The notes under the pieces: generated by a model
The model's database searches: none
The model's input: only the letters and a program-made list of their open reading frames with translations
What the model was told of the DNA's origin: nothing
Made by a program: the position numbers and the translations under genes
Assembly: GCF_001194135.2 (NCBI RefSeq)
Contig: NC_068986.1
Location: 86,100,474 to 86,140,417, forward strand
Length of the DNA: 39,944 nucleotides
Reading direction: 5' to 3'
Source: Octopus bimaculoides
Taxonomy: Eukaryota
Shown here: in pieces, positions 37,005-39,944 of the stretch
Layout of the letters: the number at the start of each line of letters is the position of its first letter
Numbering within the stretch: position 1 is the first letter of the stretch

Positions 37005-37625
37005 NNNNNNNNNNNNNNNNNNNNNNNNNNNNNNNNNNNNNNNNNNNNNNNNNNNNNNNNNNNNNNNNNNNNNNNNNNNNNNNNNNNNNNNNNNNNNNNN
37101 NNNNNNNNNNNNNNNNNNNNNNNNNNNNNNNNNNNNNNNNNNNNNNNNNNNNNNNNNNNNNNNNNNNNNNNNNNNNNNNNNNNNNNNNNNNNNNNNNNNN
37201 NNNNNNNNNNNNNNNNNNNNNNNNNNNNNNNNNNNNNNNNNNNNNNNNNNNNNNNNNNNNNNNNNNNNNNNNNNNNNNNNNNNNNNNNNNNNNNNNNNNN
37301 NNNNNNNNNNNNNNNNNNNNNNNNNNNNNNNNNNNNNNNNNNNNNNNNNNNNNNNNNNNNNNNNNNNNNNNNNNNNNNNNNNNNNNNNNNNNNNNNNNNN
37401 NNNNNNNNNNNNNNNNNNNNNNNNNNNNNNNNNNNNNNNNNNNNNNNNNNNNNNNNNNNNNNNNNNNNNNNNNNNNNNNNNNNNNNNNNNNNNNNNNNNN
37501 NNNNNNNNNNNNNNNNNNNNNNNNNNNNNNNNNNNNNNNNNNNNNNNNNNNNNNNNNNNNNNNNNNNNNNNNNNNNNNNNNNNNNNNNNNNNNNNNNNNN
37601 TATATATATATATATATGTATATAC

Positions 37626-37696
37626 AACTGGTACTTAATATTTATCGACCCCTAAGGGATGAAAGGCAACGTCGCCCTCGGCGGAATTTGAACTCA
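37626..37696 (-). mobile_element. SINE family B fragment
   Basis: CTGGTACTTA..TATCGACCCC..GGATGAAAGGCAACGTCGCCCTCGGCGGAATTTGAACTCA is the reverse complement of the family B core and B box. Confidence 0.8.
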
Positions 37697-38757
37697 TATA
37701 TATGGGAGTATACGTAGAAACATGAAGAAGTATATACGTGGAGAAATCATCTTTGTATAGTCCCCTTCACAACAAGCTATTTGCTACTCTAACACCTACA
37801 ATATTCTTCTCCCTACTCGAACGGCTATATAGATACTACACTAGAGAACATGCGTACTGTAACATCTTAAATAGCAATGCCATTGAACTGTCTTTTTCTA
37901 TCGCACCCAGCATTGCAAAAAACATAGCTCCCTACAATATAGCCATGATTAATAGAGTAAAGAGTGAAAATTATCTCCAAGGTCTGGTTGTAATTGGATT
38001 AATCCTCTAATTTTAATGATATTCAGTCACACACCTTTTAGAAACAGCTCTTTTTTATCTGTATTATCAAAGTAATTGTTTATTTCTAAACCAACAAACA
38101 ATAAGGTAAGTCCCTCGAATAACTTTGTGATATTCAGGGTAGTAGTCAAGCCTTGCGTGTGTGTAAACACCACAAACAATATGTTTCATCTTAACTCCCT
38201 ATTCATGAACTACTCATATTTTTCCACAAAGCATCAACGTCGATACTATTGCTCTAGCTTCGACCCTTTCTATTTGATCCACCCATATATTGTAAAACGA
38301 GCCTTTAGATTGTGTAACAGACCAATTCCCATTGCCTGCTTTTAAATACCAAGCAAGGCTTCTATATGCCCACGCTGGACAATGTAACGAACACAGATCC
38401 ACAAATATAATCTTTCTCCAATTTTTCCTTTGTAGAATATGAAATACTCACCATATGTGTAAAGACAGGGGTATGTTACACTCTTTGGTCGATTGGTAAT
38501 GTGTTTTGGGGCAATAACGTACTAACAGTCATAATATGCTTCCACCATGTTTTTATGTTTTTAATTTTTTCATCCCGGACCCAACTTAATATCGAGTACG
38601 TCATTTTACTATCGCTATTATCAGGGAAAATAGCGATAGTTTTCTTTCATTTGTTTAAATATCTGCTGTAACTGCCCGCTCATTTGCATTCATGTTCATT
38701 TCTTTTCTGCTTTTAATTGTTCAAGGTGAGTTTTATTGAGTTTAAAATGTTTGCAAT

Positions 38758-38761
<4 letters not shown>

Positions 38762-38807
<46 letters not shown>

Positions 38808-38817
38808 NNNNNNNNNN

Positions 38818-38868
<51 letters not shown>

Positions 38869-38925
38869 TCCGCTCTCCCCCCTCTCTCTCTCACTCTTCC
38901 CCTGTGTTTCTTTTTCTTTCTCTCA
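38762..38925. repeat. (CT)n polypyrimidine array with a 10-N gap
   Basis: Read directly. Confidence 0.95.
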
Positions 38926-38956
38926 AACATTCTCAGCTGTCATTCCCTGTCTATAG

Positions 38957-39197
38957 GAGCATGCTTAAAATAGGCATGTTCAATTTGGCTATGTTAACCT
39001 CTTTAACACATATTTCAAGTCTTTGGGAAAAAATTACACCCATTCATATTTCTTTCAATATTAAATTCGAAAAGATAAAGAAAGAAGACGATAAGAAGTT
39101 GTTGAAAACAGAGAGTGTCATTTCACTCCTTTCTCTCGCGACCACCTCACACCCGCTTTTTCTGTCCCTGCCTGACAGCTTGCTTGAAGCAAAAATG
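38957..39197 (+). CDS. Candidate 241-bp exon of an unidentified gene
   Basis: Acceptor-like CCCTGTCTATAG|G after a long pyrimidine tract and donor ATG|GTAAGA. One frame is open throughout (SMLKIGMFNLAML...LLEAKM). No recognisable protein family. Confidence 0.2.
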
Positions 39198-39902
39198 GTA
39201 AGAGGATTTCCATAAGGCACACGTCCGATCGTCGGAGCCATACCACTTTGAAAGGAATCATCAGCAATCATCAGGGTTTAGGCACTGAACACTGCATGCA
39301 GAAGGTTTTCAATTACCAGCATGTACACAGGCACTATGAAGAATCTGCGCCTGACTGGAAATGTTGCCCCAAATCCTGAAGCAATACCAAACCATGGATA
39401 TCTGTAAGTTATCTAGAGATTCTAGTAGAAAGTTCTCTTGTGCAAGCCAACCAATTGATATAGGTTTTCTAGAGCATCTTCGATAGTTTTTAACATAACT
39501 TCTGTTAGACGTTAACAGTGAACTTTCAGTGGCTACATTGTCTAACGTGTTGAGGCTTATGAGCACCTGACTAAATTTCAGATACCGGACACACAAATCA
39601 GATCAGGAAAGTACTCGACAAATTCTTGTGCCCTTATATAGGTGAAGTAATTTTCTTATATTTTGTAAATTTCTTATATTTAAAGTTTACACTAAGTTTA
39701 TTTCTTGAAATGGAGTGGGGGTGCACTTGATTTTGCTTGTGAATAACGCATATCCGGTTAGACACACAAACTAACAAGTACACGTCCTTTCTCAGTCTCT
39801 CACTCAGTCTGTCTGTCTGTTTGTCCGTCTGTTTCTCTCTCTCTCTCTCACACACACACACATACACTGATGCACACAAGTACACACATTCTGAATATAT
39901 AT

Positions 39903-39941
<39 letters not shown>

Positions 39942-39944
39942 CAT

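Noticed and set aside
39632-39640. TATA-like CTATATAAG on the minus strand; also YY1/ETS-like words at 24560-24595 and 34638-34646
   Set aside because: Short motifs are expected by chance, and there is no supported downstream gene.

Overview
AT-rich, repeat-dominated eukaryotic genomic DNA with 12 assembly gaps (about 4.75 kb of N), most of them flanked by microsatellites. The repeat families and microsatellite load look like an octopus/cephalopod genome; this is inferred from recalled repeat families, not from a search. No host protein-coding gene, rRNA, genuine tRNA or CRISPR array can be supported. Almost all ORFs in the track come from microsatellites or N-runs. Supported content: (1) two decayed Penelope-like retroelements (RT + GIY-YIG) from different lineages, one bracketed by ~400-bp inverted arms; (2) four 3' fragments of R4/Dong-type non-LTR elements, three ending in (TAA)n; (3) at least four tRNA-derived SINE families, with three well-preserved copies of one family, two of which have perfect target-site duplications; (4) several hammerhead-ribozyme-like motifs in Penelope-type terminal repeats and palindromes; (5) many micro- and minisatellites. 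The most interesting signal is the set of distinct hammerhead-like cores tied to palindromic or inverted-repeat Penelope termini. A SINE copy lacking its 3' tail but carrying a perfect 15-bp TSD is also notable. All alignments and folds were done by eye.
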